Assembly (NCBI RefSeq): GCF_006345805.1
Contig: NC_043025.1
Location: 2,976,001-3,040,000, forward strand
Length of the DNA: 64,000 bases
Source of the DNA: Octopus sinensis
Taxonomy: Eukaryota
Reading direction: 5' to 3'
Part shown: piece by piece, positions 1-13,604 of the stretch
Position numbering within the stretch: position 1 is the stretch's first letter
Layout: each line of letters begins with the position of its first letter
Notes under the pieces: model-generated
Databases searched by the model: none
Told to the model about the DNA's origin: nothing
What the model saw: only the letters and a program-made list of their open reading frames with translations
Made by a program: the position numbers and the translations under genes

Positions 1-2750
1 GTCACATATACATCCAACCGTAAGTGCCATGAAATAGAAAATAATATGCAGCGAAATGGGACACCAGGAAACTGACCAGATTTGGTTACAAGAGTGTACA
101 AGTTGCATCTCACTGAAAGTCTGAAGGATATAAAGGACAGACACGTATTTGATGTATCAATAGCTCATGCCCATGTCACCGAGTTTCAAAAGTGAAGGCT
201 TCCACACTGCCATATGCTGGTAGACAAAGTGAAGATCAGAGATGATTTAGTTAAGACATTCATGATACATGGCCTTTGTATGTAGAATGGCTCTTGCCCC
301 AAAATGTTTCCCAAGAACTACAGAAATGAGATACTACTAAATGATAATGGATATCCATAGAACAGGAGGCGCAATAATGGGATCGCAACACAAGTTGGAC
401 TCCACTCTGTTGAAAACAGCTATGTCGTACCATACAATGCTTACCTATTAAAGCAATTCCGAGCTCATATTAATATAGAAGTTGGCTCCTCTGTAAAAAG
501 TGTCAAGTACATCTACAAATAAGTCTACAAAGATCATAATAGCGATTCAATTGAAGTAAGGAATGATGCAATGGCAGAAAGCAAACAAATTCAGCAAAAC
601 CATGGCGAAATCAGAAATTATTTTGTGTGTTGATACGTTTCACCACCTGAAGCCATGTGGAGAATATTTCAGTACAAGCTGCATGACTCCTCTCACACTG
701 TTTACAGACTAGCAGTTCAATTTGAAGACCGGGAGAGACTGTGCTTTCACAGAGGTAACACTCAGTAACCTACTCAAGAACAGAGATCGATCGTGACAAT
801 ACATTCAAACTGAATGAGCACGATGAAAATTAACGGAAATACTTGTGCCCTGACATTCCTTTACGTTATGTATTTGATGTACGTACAAAATCATGAACAC
901 CCAGGAGAAGAAACAATAACATCGGCAGCAGATTGAACACAGTGAGTCCTAAGGACGTAGAAACGTTTCATTTACGATTGCTATTTTGGATGTTCCAGGT
1001 ACTAAGCGCTTTGAAGAAGTGAGCACTGTAGGAGGTGAAATCTATGCAACATTTAAAGATGCGTACATATGACTTGGTCTTCTCCAAACTTATGTGATGT
1101 TGGAGCATGCCATACTTCAAGGTGCTGCATACCGGATGGCATTTCAGCCGCGTATCACGTTCGTTGTCCTTTGCACCTATTCAAATCCTTCTAATGTCCT
1201 TCGCCTGAGGAACACTCACAAGAATACCATAATGGGAGATTATGCTCAGTGAGGGTTGAATGCATACTCTACACTCTGTAAATTGTATGCAAATTGAAAA
1301 TGTCATTAGCTGCCTTAAGTTCGAGTGTAACGGGTAGGGCATAAACATAACATGAACCACCCCGGCATTGCAACCGTTACCGATGAACAGAGAGTGATCG
1401 CTGATGCAGTCATTGAAGACAGTTGATAAGAAAAGGTGAGGTGAGGTGCTGGAATGTTCCTGATTCTATGCAAATGTTCCTGGAGGTTGGGACAAGACTT
1501 ACATATTTCATACGCTGATCTCACATCTACGAAGGAGAAACTATCAAGTGGTGCGTGCAGAGGCATAGCTTCAACATTGATGTCTGGTGGAAGGACGGTG
1601 CACAGTTTGCTCAAATTGCCCGTTCCTCTGTTGGAAACTAGCTTTTGAAATGTACCACCCACCTCTGACCAGAAATTATTTGAGAAATTTGTATTTGATC
1701 ATTATAGATAAGGCTTCCATGATCCCTCTGTATGCTTTTCATGCTAATGACAAAGCTCTGAAAGATATCACTGGCAACAATGAAGGTTTCGGTTGAAAAG
1801 TTGTGCTCATTGGTAGAGACTTCAGGCAAGTTCTGCCAATATTGCCAAGAGGAACTCGTGAGGCAGTAATTAAGAGCTCCATTAAGAACTCTCCTCTCTG
1901 GTTACAGTTCAGACATTTATATGTTGAGCCAAAATAGAGCAATAACAGATCGAAGACAATTCGCAACATGGGCACTGCAACTTGATAATGGTACCACAGC
2001 TCTTGTAAACCACACACCCACGACACATACAAATACCAAGTGAGACAGGTGATGATGTAAAAGTGCTACATGATTCATGCTTTAATAGGTCGCTGATAAA
2101 TGATGCTTTTTGGCAATGCCCCTCAAGAACAAAGAACAAGTAGAGTGATCCTCTCACCAAAAAGTTCCGACTGCTTAAAGATAAACGATGGGGTTATGGA
2201 TAAACTCCCAGGTGACCAGTGCTTTTATTACAGCATGGATAAGATCTTCATAGATGACCTGCTGAAGCTGAGCGATATCCACTGGAATTTCTGATTTCAG
2301 GGACACCATCTGGAATGCCACCTCCTAGATTGCATTTGAAACCTGACTCCATAATAATGCTCCTGGGGAATATTTCAATTCAAAATGGTCTCTATAAAGG
2401 AACAAGGCTGGTAGTGGAGGTCCTCCATCAAATCTCGATTGAAGCCTCAATAATAAGTGGCACATTGATCGGGAGACGTATTCTCATTCACAGGATAAGG
2501 CTGGCACTGAGACACCTATTCCCGTTCGCTTGACATTTGCAATGACTATCAATAAATCACATGGGCAGACATTTGATAAACTGGAGCGATCCTTGCCTGA
2601 ACCTGCGTATTAATGGTCAGCTATATGTTGTTTCCCAAGGGCTCACAAACATTATCTGATATTAAAGTTAAAGTTATCAACACTGACAAACAAGGGAAAA
2701 GAAGAGGGAGAAGTTACGCGAACAACACAATCTGTAACGAAGTATTGGAT
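1..2750 (+). mobile_element. Degenerate Helitron (Rep + PIF1 helicase), cut by window start
   Basis: Manual translation gives the Rep HUH motif [12 protein letters not shown] (~180-220) and VKYIYK*VYKD (~500-535). Helicase motifs: [44 protein letters not shown]. Many stops and frameshifts. Confidence 0.92.
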
Positions 2751-2929
2751 TGAAAGGTGTACGCAAATTGAAATATGTATAAGCTCTGATGCACCGCCTT
2801 TCTTATGAACTACCAACGATGTGGCTTTCAGACGATGCCATGTTGCATTAAATTTTCAACCCTATGTTTTACCTATAAAATCTATTCTTACTATAATATT
2901 TCTGTTTTATTGATATGAATTTGTGGCCA

Positions 2930-3400
2930 ATCTCCTCAATTCCAAAACACCATGTCAGGACTATTGTGTTTACATTTCAATGGGATTTGCACTGGGACAT
3001 TCTGGCAACACTCCATTTTATTGGTAGCGGTTTTAGCTTGCACCATATTGTGGGATTTTATTTCTTTATCTTTGGAATTATCCTTCCGACGGATCTCATT
3101 ATACAGTGTCCTAGCTACATCATGTCACATCGGTAGATAAAATCATGATGACATTTTCGGACAACTGCTTGTAATATGGGTGATATCATCGGTGTTACCG
3201 CCACGTACTCTGCATCGGCTGTCACGCTTTACTGTTTTGCCTGCATCTTTGTCCCTTTTGTGCATCAGGTATTTGGTTGATATTTTTTGTTCCTGGATTG
3301 CAAACGGATTCCCTTCAAATTAGGAGATAGTAATCTGGTTGTTGGACCATGTATTTATGTATGTACGTATGAACCTAACTTTTATCTCTTCCCTGTCCTA
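2930..3400 (-). mobile_element. Fragment of RLE-type (R2/R4/NeSL-like) non-LTR retrotransposon C-terminus
   Basis: Minus-strand translation AIQEQKISTKY...SRCRV..NTDDITHITSSCPK...HDVARTL...CKHNSPDMVFW is a CCHC-like knuckle, (R)HD motif and start of the PD-(D/E)xK endonuclease. Contains stops. Confidence 0.75.
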
Positions 3401-4503
3401 GCCAGTAGACGCGTCCATACTGGAGTATCACATTTTACTCGAACAAATCGAACTCATTACTTATTTTTATAATGTTTGCTACTTATTCTATCAGTCCCTT
3501 TTGCTGAAGCGTTAATTTACAGTGACGCAAACAGACCACCACCTTTGAGCTTGTGTTTGTCCCCTACCATCTCTTGACAATATATATGTATATATATCTA
3601 AAACATCAAATCCGTTCTGTCTGTCTGTGCGCTTATAACTCGAGTTTTTTTCATCCAATCGCACTGAAATTTTAAACATGGACGCATGAGAGAGCAGGAC
3701 GTTCTATAATCTAAAAAGATTTTCAAATTTGCTGCTTTCTAAATGAGAATCGCTATTTTGGTAATCTTTTCGTCCTGTTTTTCCGCCATTAAAAGCAACG
3801 AGTTTGTTCAGAGAGCCAGCACATACCATTTAGCTAGCAACAAGAGGAGTACATAATGACAGTCAGCCGTTTTGGCTGACTCTCTTCTTTCCTATCTCTG
3901 TCTCTCTTATGATGTCGAATACCACTTGAAGTTGTATATATATTGTGTTAAGATTCGTTTTCAACCATTTATCCTTATGGAGAAGAAACAGTCAAAAGTA
4001 ACCACCACATACAATAAATAAACATCTCCACTACTTTACACGGTCCAAGTTAACCTCTTCATTTTTGTAGCTGACATGAAAAACTACGCAAAAAAGAGAA
4101 AAGATCGATTGCTATTAAAACAGGTAACATTTCGGGGTTAATAGCCTTAACCTTTAGTTACAGTTTGTCATTTAAACTACATAATAGGTAGCATTTTCGG
4201 ATTAATACCGTAGGGTGTTTTGAGTGAGATTTGGCTGTTATTTCCCCTAGCTACATTGTAGCGGTCTGCTTCATTGGCTCATACATAAATATATACATAC
4301 ATATATACATAAAATCGAAATAAAATATTTAAAGCAACAGTCGTCAAATAGGAAAGCCAAGGTCCATGCAGTGTCATGGGCCAAAACAATTTCCAACTTC
4401 TTGCCTAATGCGAGCCCAGAGCAATCTTTTATCTCTTACACTATTTCAGTATTACGTCTGTATTGTAATGCGAGATAATACTTTCAGTTTGAAAGAAGCC
4501 TGT

Positions 4504-4505
<2 letters not shown>

Positions 4506-4583
<78 letters not shown>

Positions 4584-4675
4584 CACATTCAATCTCAAAT
4601 GTACATATATATACACACACATGCATGTTTGTTCTCTACACCACCTAACTTCGTCTTTTTTTTTAATTCTCGGTG

Positions 4676-4745
<70 letters not shown>
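4506..4745. repeat. (TA)n microsatellites (two tracts)
   Basis: Direct reading. Source of the IYIY ORFs. Similar tracts at ~7135-7232, 7363-7418, 10351-10450, 14727-14814, 24284-24330, 33180-33245, 40968-41022. Confidence 0.97.
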
Positions 4746-4751
<6 letters not shown>

Positions 4752-4919
4752 CATATAATAGATGTCCACTTCTATCACACATGTCTATACATCCATATAT
4801 ATATATATATTAACAGAATGAGATAAAAAAATTCAAGGGTGTGAATAGTTTTCAGAATATTTATAAAGAGAAGGTCTTACAGCTGTTTCCGGGATATTTT
4901 ATATATATCACTTCATTGG

Positions 4920-6510
4920 TGTATATTGAGTTTTATACGTTAGTATAGGTATGTGTGAGTGAGGTGGGTATTTGTATAAGTCGTGGGTCTGTGGTTTACG
5001 TGTGTGTACGTGTGTGAATGTTTAGGTTAGGGGGATTGCTATATAGGTTTGTTATAGAGTTTAGCAAAGGGAGATTTATCATTATATGTTTTTATGAGTT
5101 TTGGTTTATCATGGTGGTTTTATTAAGGAATTCGTAGTAATTTGTCTATTTACGATGTTTGTTGTTTTATTGCATTATTTCATTCATAATTTTTGAGTGG
5201 TGTTCGTTTTACCACGTGAATATTATTTTTAGTTCCATTTATTCCATTTCTCCATTCATAATTTTAAAAGATGTTCGTTTTCCAGAGCGGGAATACTTTT
5301 TATAAATATGTTAGGTTCCTTGGTAACGTAATTTTGTTTGGTGTATATGTTGAGGCTTATATGTACTTGTGGGTGTGTGTGAGTGGGGTGGGTGTTTGTA
5401 TTTGTTATGGGTGTGTGGTTTACGTGTGTGTATTTGTGTGTGAATGTATAGGTTAAAGGGATTGCTATATAAGTATGTTATAGGGTTTAGTAAAGGGAGG
5501 CTTTATCATTTATGTTTTTATGAGTTTTAATTTATCATGGTAGTTTTATTAAAGAATCCATTCATAATTTTTTTAAATAATGTTAGTTTACCGCGTGAAT
5601 ATAATTTTTAATTCCATTTATTCTATTTCTCCATTCATAATTTTAAATGACGTTTGCTTCCATGGCGCGTATTCTTTTTATACATAAGTTATGTTCCTAT
5701 GGTAACGTAATTTTGGTTTGATGTTTTTAACGGCTTAGAATTTAATTTCACTTCATAATTTGAAACTGACTTGAAAGTATGTATATTATTTCTCCTTATG
5801 TCATATTGTTATTTTTGATATTCTGGTTACTTACGATGTATTTTATATATCGTATTATGTGTAATAATGTTGTTTTTCTTTGGAGTGTTTATGTATGTGG
5901 GATTATGTGTGAGTGTGTGCGTATTTTGGTTGTATAATTTGTTTATCTGTATGAGTGTGGGTGTGTTAATATTGTTGTATATATCGAGTTTAGTGAGTAT
6001 GTATATGAATATGGTGTGTGTTTTACGTATGTATATTTGTGTGTGAATGTGTTTACGGGTTTGCTATATAGGTTTGGGGATGTATGTGTTTATTTGTCTG
6101 TGTGGGGTTGAGTGGGTTTTTGGAGTATATGTTGAGATTTATATGTATGTATAGGTATGTGTGAGTGGGGTGGGTATTTGTATGTGTCGTGGGTGTGTGG
6201 TTTACGTGTGTGTATTTGTGTGTGAATGTTTAGGTTAGGGGGATTGCTATATAGGTATGTTATAGAGTTTAGTAAAGGGAGATTTTATCATTATATGTTT
6301 TTGTGAGTTTTGGTTTGTCATGGTGGTTTTATTAAGGAATTCGTGGTAATTTGTGTCTATTTGCGATGTCTGTTGTTTTGTTACATTATTCCATTCATAA
6401 TTTTTGAGTAATGTTCGTTTTACCAAGTGAATATAATTTTTAATTCCAATTGTTCCATTTCTCCATTCATAATTTTAAATGATGTCCGTTTCTAGAGCGG
6501 GAATGTGGGT
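4920..6510. repeat. Degenerate GT/T-rich ~350-400 bp unit, about three copies
   Basis: The string ...gtgggtatttgta...ggattgctatatagg...tttatcatgg...ccattcataatttt recurs at ~4950-5295, ~5345-5700 and ~6120-6505. Confidence 0.75.
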
Positions 6511-6911
6511 TGTATGTGTATGTGAGGGAGTATGAATAAGTATTGTGTTGAAGTATTTGGCTATTTTATTTATTTATCGTTGCCTAGACGTTTTTATGTG
6601 TATGTATAGGGATATATATATAGGTGTGTGATTTAGTGTATGTATTTAGATATGGTTATATATAATTAGTTATATGTGTATGGGTTTATATATAGTTTAT
6701 TTTTTGTTTTGTTTTATATTTTATATTTTATATTTTATATTTAATTGTTGATAGGTTTATTTTAGTTTATATATTGTTTATATATTGATTATATATGGAT
6801 TATATATAGGTTATATATAGATTATATATTTATATTTTTTTCATTAATACTTTAATTATTTTAAAATTATTATTTTTATATTTTAAAATATTGATATTTT
6901 AGATTGGAAGT

Positions 6912-6954
6912 CCACCCGAAGATTGTCGATCAGGACAAGAAACAATTGTAGTGG
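6912..6954 (+). ncRNA. Minimal type I hammerhead-ribozyme-like motif (one core change)
   Basis: CCAC - CCGAAGA - TTGTC/GACAA hairpin - GAAA - palindrome ACAATTGT - A - GTGG. Confidence 0.6.
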
Positions 6955-7138
6955 CGGTTTTTTTGACTTTTTATTAAAATTTTATGTATTGATTAAGTCT
7001 TTCCTTGTTTGTTTTGCAAAATAGTGGTTTTGTCTCTAATAATATTATATAATATTTTACTATAAAATTGGATTTAATCCTAAATCTGATTTTTTCCCTG
7101 TAAATTTGGATTTATTCCCTAATATTTATTATATATAC

Positions 7139-7236
<98 letters not shown>

Positions 7237-7358
7237 CGTATGCATTCCAAAACCGAATTACAGATTTTGACGTATGGGGTTTCATATGTTACAGATAAAT
7301 TCCTCTATTTACATAATACTGAGGTCCTATTCATTCATTTGTTGGCATACCGCTACTA

Positions 7359-7427
<69 letters not shown>

Positions 7428-8367
7428 TGTAAGAGAAGGGTAATAATATCAAAGCAGATAGCGAATGGCAAGGCTGGATCCTTCAGATGGTAGGTTTTAC
7501 GCTGAAAGTCCTTTAGGTCCCAACCGATGTAACAGTTTATTTTTTGGCAACGTAGATATACAGTCTAATAATGATAATAATGGGATTGAGTTTGTATATT
7601 CAAATTCTTAATTCTCTCTGTCTCTCTCTCACTCGTTCTTTCTTTCTTTCATTCTTTCTTTCTTTCTCTCTTTCGCTTTCTCTCTATATATATATATAAA
7701 TTGAAGATATATAAATTGAAGATATACTCGTTAAAATGTTATTTGCTATAAACATTTATATATGTATTTGTTAGGGATCTTTGATGATCTTACTAATGGG
7801 CAGAAAAGACACATTAAACGTAGAAAAAAACCCTATGAATAAATTATGTAAATGTCCCGCCCTGTGATTTTTATTTGTTCCTCAAGCTGAAGAAGTTGAA
7901 GGAGACTGTAACAAGGGTCCTGGAGACATTTCCTTTCAGATGAGATTTCAGCTTAGGTCTGTAGATTATTTTTCGAAAGCTGCACCGTGAGAGGTTCCTC
8001 AGTTTAATGTGCCCCTTGGTTATCCAAACGATAATCGATGCGAGATGAAGAACTGATTTTAGTATAAGTCATTTACGCAATTCGGTAGCTTAATAACACC
8101 TACGTTTTCTAGGTCCGAAGACGTCAGTAGTAATACTGTTTGGAAACATGGTGGTTCTGTCCACTGACATGACACAGGTTCCTCTGCCAAGCATCATGTC
8201 TATGTTACCGTTGGTGAATGAATGAGGTTCAAACTAAGACTACGCCTGTCATATTGTTTCCTATGGCTTCAACTCAAAGCGTAAATTGAATGAAGTATGG
8301 GTGTTATGTCTTGCCAAAGTGCAATCCATGTTTGGTCCAGTACAATGTTTTATCCATATTCAGCATA

Positions 8368-8396
8368 CCCAAACCCTAACCCTAACCCTAACCCTA
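8368..8396. repeat. Short interstitial (CCCTAA)n tract
   Basis: cccaaa ccctaa ccctaa ccctaa cccta. Confidence 0.8.
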
Positions 8397-9651
8397 TATT
8401 TGGAGGCTGTTCCCCATTCTATCGTGTACAGTATACTCTCTCAAAGCACACATATTCATAGCTGGGCATAATTCGCTATGGATTATGACTTCATAACACT
8501 CGAAGTAGTCGCGAGTTGACATTGACATCCTTTCGTATTGCCCACCCTTGTATCTAACTATCACAACAAACTCTCGGTTGATACATTATTTAAAGTTCAG
8601 TAGACTGATGCAACGTGAAATGAAATGACTTGATCTAAGTAATAACGTCACTCATTTCAGGAATTGATCCCGGGATATTATGATCATCAGCTGAACTTCC
8701 AAAACAAGAATGCCATATAACTTCATACATGCTCCACCACACAATCTTCTTGAGATACTCCGAGCAGAAATTGAAATCAAGTCCTCATATGCAACAAGCT
8801 ATAGAAGAGTACCTCTCTATTAAATAATTTTGCTGAAATCAAATGTGGAATCCATTTTTTAGCATCACATCTAGATTTCAAGATACCCAAACCCTCGATT
8901 TTCACTATTTTCCTCATATTTCAGGGAAATATATTGTGAAAGGTAGTACGAATGTCTATTATGGTTTATCGATTATTTTATTAAAGGTCTGGTGTAAACA
9001 TGGGGTATGAAATAATGGCCGCAGCGAGCATTAGTCCCAGGGTATTTTAATATGAATGAACAGATTTTAGTTCAGCCGGAGAAAATCATCCAACATCCGT
9101 GTCTTATCAAGGCAGATTGCAATTAAATACGATGCTGGGCTATTGAGCTTCAGCACTAAAGAAAACCATTCAAACACAAATTCATGAAAAATAGGCATGA
9201 ACAATAATGTAAACTGTCTGTAGAAATTTAGAGATATTTGTTAGCTTTTCAGTAGAATTTCAAAAAATCCTAGTTTTGAAGACAATGCAATTTCTATGTA
9301 TATTTGTACGTTCTTCTTAAGCTGGTTTATTCAAAAACAAAACAAAGACATTCTGTGGATCCAGTATTTTAAAATTCTGATGTGATCGTATTAAATTGAT
9401 GTCCGTTTCGGATTCTGTGTGTCAAAAGACTCCCAGTTCGTCTCAAATGGTGAAAACGTTCCAAATTTGTTGACAAATGGGACTGATCGAATGAATCGAT
9501 CCACTTTAGTATTTGAATATTTGATTAAAACTTGAAGGGATTAATGCTGTGATGCAAGCCATTTAATTGGAAATAATCGCCTAGAACATAAATTAGTTCT
9601 TATGATTTTCATGAGCATCTAATAATAATTCTGCTTATTCCTCCATCAGTA

Positions 9652-10359
9652 GGCGGTGACATAGCTGTGTGATAAGAATTTTGCTTCTGTATTCAGTCCT
9701 TCTGCGTGTACTCTGGTCTCCAACCGAACAAACTCGTTTATGTTAGATAAATATGTACACGGTAACTGAAGGAAACCTGTCGTATATATAATGTTCCTGA
9801 ACGAGTAATGTTTAATAAAAATAACTTATATTACCTGAGCAATAATACAACTGTCCCAGCCTGGAATCCGGCCTGGACTTAGTTTAGCATAGGCGAGTCG
9901 AGGACCTCTTGATCTCGACGACGGCGTTAAATTCGCTCTTGATCTAGACCTCTGAGCTGATTTTTCATCTTGAGGAACAGATGCAAGTCAGCAGGTGGTA
10001 AATCTGTTGAATAGGGCAGGTGCAGAAGCGATAGCATGTTGTTTTGGCAAGAAACTTACGAGTGAGGTGATAGGTGCATTGTTGTCGTGAAAAATTCAAT
10101 ACTTCGGGAATCACAGATCCGGTCATTTTCCCCGAACGTCCTCCCTGAAAAATCTCCCGATGCACAATACCGAGGATGTCGGAAACAATTGATGAAGATG
10201 GTCTTGATTAAGCCGTGATTTTTTCGTGCGCCGTACACTCGAAACATTACATACGACCCACTGTCTCACCGCGCATAAAATCGTATGCAGCCATCTGTTG
10301 GCGCGCTAAAGAACTCGTTCGTGAAATTTTGAAATGAACACGTACATGCATATATATAT

Positions 10360-10450
<91 letters not shown>

Positions 10451-11152
10451 CATACCCTCATAGATATGTATGCATTTCATACATACATACATATATATAT
10501 AGATGTATATATACTAATAAATATTCATACATGCATACATCTATCTCATATACATATATCTGCCTTTATTTGTGCATTTATATATAGATATGTAAATATA
10601 TATCTATATCTATATTATCTCTCTCTCTCTCTCTTTCTATTTACCTATCTATCTATTCGTCGTCTACGAGACGACTAAACTGCCATTTAACCACAGGAAC
10701 ACATCAGTTGATTTATTCAGTTCGCTTCGATATTCACTCGATATTTAGTGCAATCGGGAGATAACACCTGCTTCCCTAGCTCCAAGACTCTACCCCACTG
10801 GTTTCGATCTGTATTTGATCTCCTTGGAGGTGGGTAGTCGTCGCCAGGCATGTCAGGAGTTTACATCGATTGCAATATATAGAAAATAGTGTCATTGATT
10901 GTGTAACTAGGACACTAATATGTTGGAAAATCTCTGTTCATGAAAGAAGCAGTATAAGAAGCAAAAAAATCACTTTACAGAGGTTAAATATATGTGATAT
11001 ATATATTCATGTATGTATTGAGACATTATACACATCAAATTACACATAAACACATGCCTATAGTTATGTACATATATGTGTGTGTGCGTGTGTTCGTAGT
11101 GCTTTGTTGTGTGTGTGTATATATATGTGAGTGTGTGGGTGTGGGTGAGTGT

Positions 11153-11205
<53 letters not shown>

Positions 11206-11472
11206 AGAAAAATCATATTTAGAAACGTAAATTTATGCTATTATAATCTAATAAATTGCATTTTTTTTGCATTACCGTGTCGCCTTAATGAAATTCCTCA
11301 CACACATGCATACACTCTAACTGACAAACACAAATACAAACACTCAGACTAAGCGATAAATTCATAGAGTGGAACATTTTGCGTTGAGAAAATGAAAGAC
11401 ATAGGAGAGAGAGAGAGAGAGAGAGAAAGGGAAATCTTTCTTTGCTTCTGTCACAGATTTTTGACCCATGTA
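9652..11472 (-). repeat. Inverted segmental copy of 44852-46760 (mariner plus both flanks)
   Basis: 9660-9850 is the reverse complement of ~46560-46750; 10670-11290 of ~45050-45650; 11425-11472 of ~44852-44945. Confidence 0.9.
9779..10344 (-). mobile_element. Internally deleted mariner (Tc1/mariner) relic
   Basis: Reverse-complement homolog of 45850-46640. Degenerate TIR-like ends: gtcgtatatataatgttcctgaacgagt at 9779 and actcgttcgtgaaattttgaaatgaacacgta at ~10314. Confidence 0.8.
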
Positions 11473-11557
11473 TCTAACTGTATATATATATATATATACT
11501 AACTTAAGGTGACCCACTCTACGTGCGGTTAAGTGTGTGGTATATATGAAAATGTAT

Positions 11558-11607
<50 letters not shown>

Positions 11608-12439
11608 AATACAAATATATACACATTGTATATATATATATTATATATACATGTTTATATATAGAACACACACACTTACACACACACATGTAATTTAACC
11701 CAATAAATATCTGATTCATAATATTTTTTCTCATGATTGTGTGGTGATTGTGGCGATGATAATTCTCTCTATGAATGCAGACAGACGTAGAGAGAGAGAG
11801 AGTGAAACCGCTGTCGAAGCGGTGAGGGAAGATAGTAGACGCTGTGAAACGACGTTATAGAGAGAAGATGAAGGGAAGGGAAGAAAGAGAGAGACATGGA
11901 GGAAGACAGGCAGATAAGAGAATGAGAGGAGACTTGTCAAAGTGTGGAGTATTTGTCATTGCAAAGGAGAGTTTTGGTAAATGACGACTACCAACTCAGC
12001 ACTTCATGTAATTGTTTTCGGCTAGGCATAATCTATAACAGCGTTTCTCAACCTTATCACTTCGGGTCTCCTGTTCCGATTGAAGCCTCCAGCTATATGA
12101 AAATTTCTTTCCATCAACACCCGTCCCGCTGTCAGAAAACAGCTTCAGGAATTGTGAAGAAAGAATTTGTACGTAGTCTGATTCTGAGAGCTATTGTATT
12201 GGACCACTGTTTAATCATTAAAACATTTATTTAATTATGAAGATAGAAAGAACTTATACATTAATCCCTATTTTTGTAAGCAGTTGTATCCATAAACATT
12301 TTCTTTGCAGAGAGCAGAAGAGGGTGAGAAAGAGAGATAGGGTGAGTGAGTGATGGTGTGTGTCATTGAGTTACATTGGCTGGCACGGCGGCTACGACGC
12401 ATTTGGGGCGGCAGATGACTGGGGTGTTTTGAAAGATGT

Positions 12440-12680
12440 GAAGAAATGCCATCTTTTCAGAGGAGCGCTTCTTTGTAGGCAACATTTCTCGTTTTCCCTT
12501 CTGATGCACAAAAGTCTAGACTTTGTGTGCTGCCAATATGGGAGCAGCCAACGAAGAGTTGACCGTGCGAGAACACTTGCTCTGTGAGATTTAAACCAAC
12601 CCTTTGCAATGATTGACTCACTACCTTATTTATTGTCATTGCAAAGGAGAGTTTTGGTAAATGACGACTACCAACTTCAG
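12440..12680 (-). mobile_element. Helitron PIF1 helicase C-terminal fragment
   Basis: ORF 12457-12639 [36 protein letters not shown] matches the end of the Helitron at 43050-43230. The LSFAMT-encoding piece is also repeated at ~11953-12025. Confidence 0.85.
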
Positions 12681-13041
12681 CACGACATGTAATTGTAGTT
12701 TAAAATAACAAATATTATTGAATCAGTATCTCATAAAATTGAGGATGAATATATTTCTATACGTTCTTTTCTTGAAGTGAGTATAACTCTGCATAAAAAT
12801 ATATTTCATAATATACCCACCTATAAACACAAATACAAACATACATATTCACGTACAATCGTGCACTCATACACAAAATGTTAGACACTTATGCAGACAC
12901 ATAGAGACACAAACACTCATAGACACCTTCATAACACTCTAACATGAAAATAGTAGCAGAACATTAGTTAGAGATACAGAGAGAAAAAGGAAGATGCGAA
13001 AAATTTCGTAAATAAAATATGAAAAAACATAACCAACTTAC

Positions 13042-13113
13042 AAGAAGCTTAAACTTGGAAGGTTTTGAAAGGATCCTTGTGGGATGGTTCTGATCTTATT
13101 CCCAGTGAGACTT
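13042..13113 (-). CDS. 72-nt LRR exon A: (L)[23 protein letters not shown](L)
   Basis: Acceptor gtgttttatgtttcag| and donor |gtaagt. Exactly 72 nt, phase 2 at both ends, open frame fitting LxLxxNxIxxIxxxxFxxLxxLxxL. Confidence 0.93.
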
Positions 13114-13542
13114 CTGAAACATAAAACACGGGTCAGAAGAAAGAGTATTAAAAAGATTTCTTATAAAATATTAAATCTTGTATCTTAAGAATGATATTAA
13201 TAAAAAGAGGACGATGATGAAGAAAATGGCCACGATGATGCTGATGATGATGAGGAGGAGGATTGCGATGTTGATTGTAAATGTTGTAATAATGACGGTG
13301 AGAAGGAAAAATGATGAAGATTATTATCGAAAACGATGACAAACGCTACCGATTAATTGGTGATGACGACGTTGATTATTATGATGTTCAGAATGAAGGT
13401 GATGATGATTCTGCATGCTAGAAATAGCAGAGAAAATGGTGGAAGGAAATAGCTATGATGATAAGATAAATTATAACGATTAGTGAATACGAAAATATGA
13501 TTAGCAGAAGGACTATGAATATGATAGCGCTGAAGATGATTC

Positions 13543-13604
<62 letters not shown>

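Noticed and set aside
4366-4826. IYIY/YVCM/poly-M/poly-L ORFs here and throughout the window
   Set aside because: Translations of (TA)n, (TATG)n, (GAT)n, (TAA)n and (GAA)n microsatellites.
8368-8396. Telomere or chromosome-fusion scar
   Set aside because: Only about four units, with no head-to-head inversion; short CCCTAA tracts are common in repeats.
12039-12053. hAT-type TIR cagcgtttctcaacc as a complete MITE
   Set aside because: No matching second TIR or target-site duplication found by eye.
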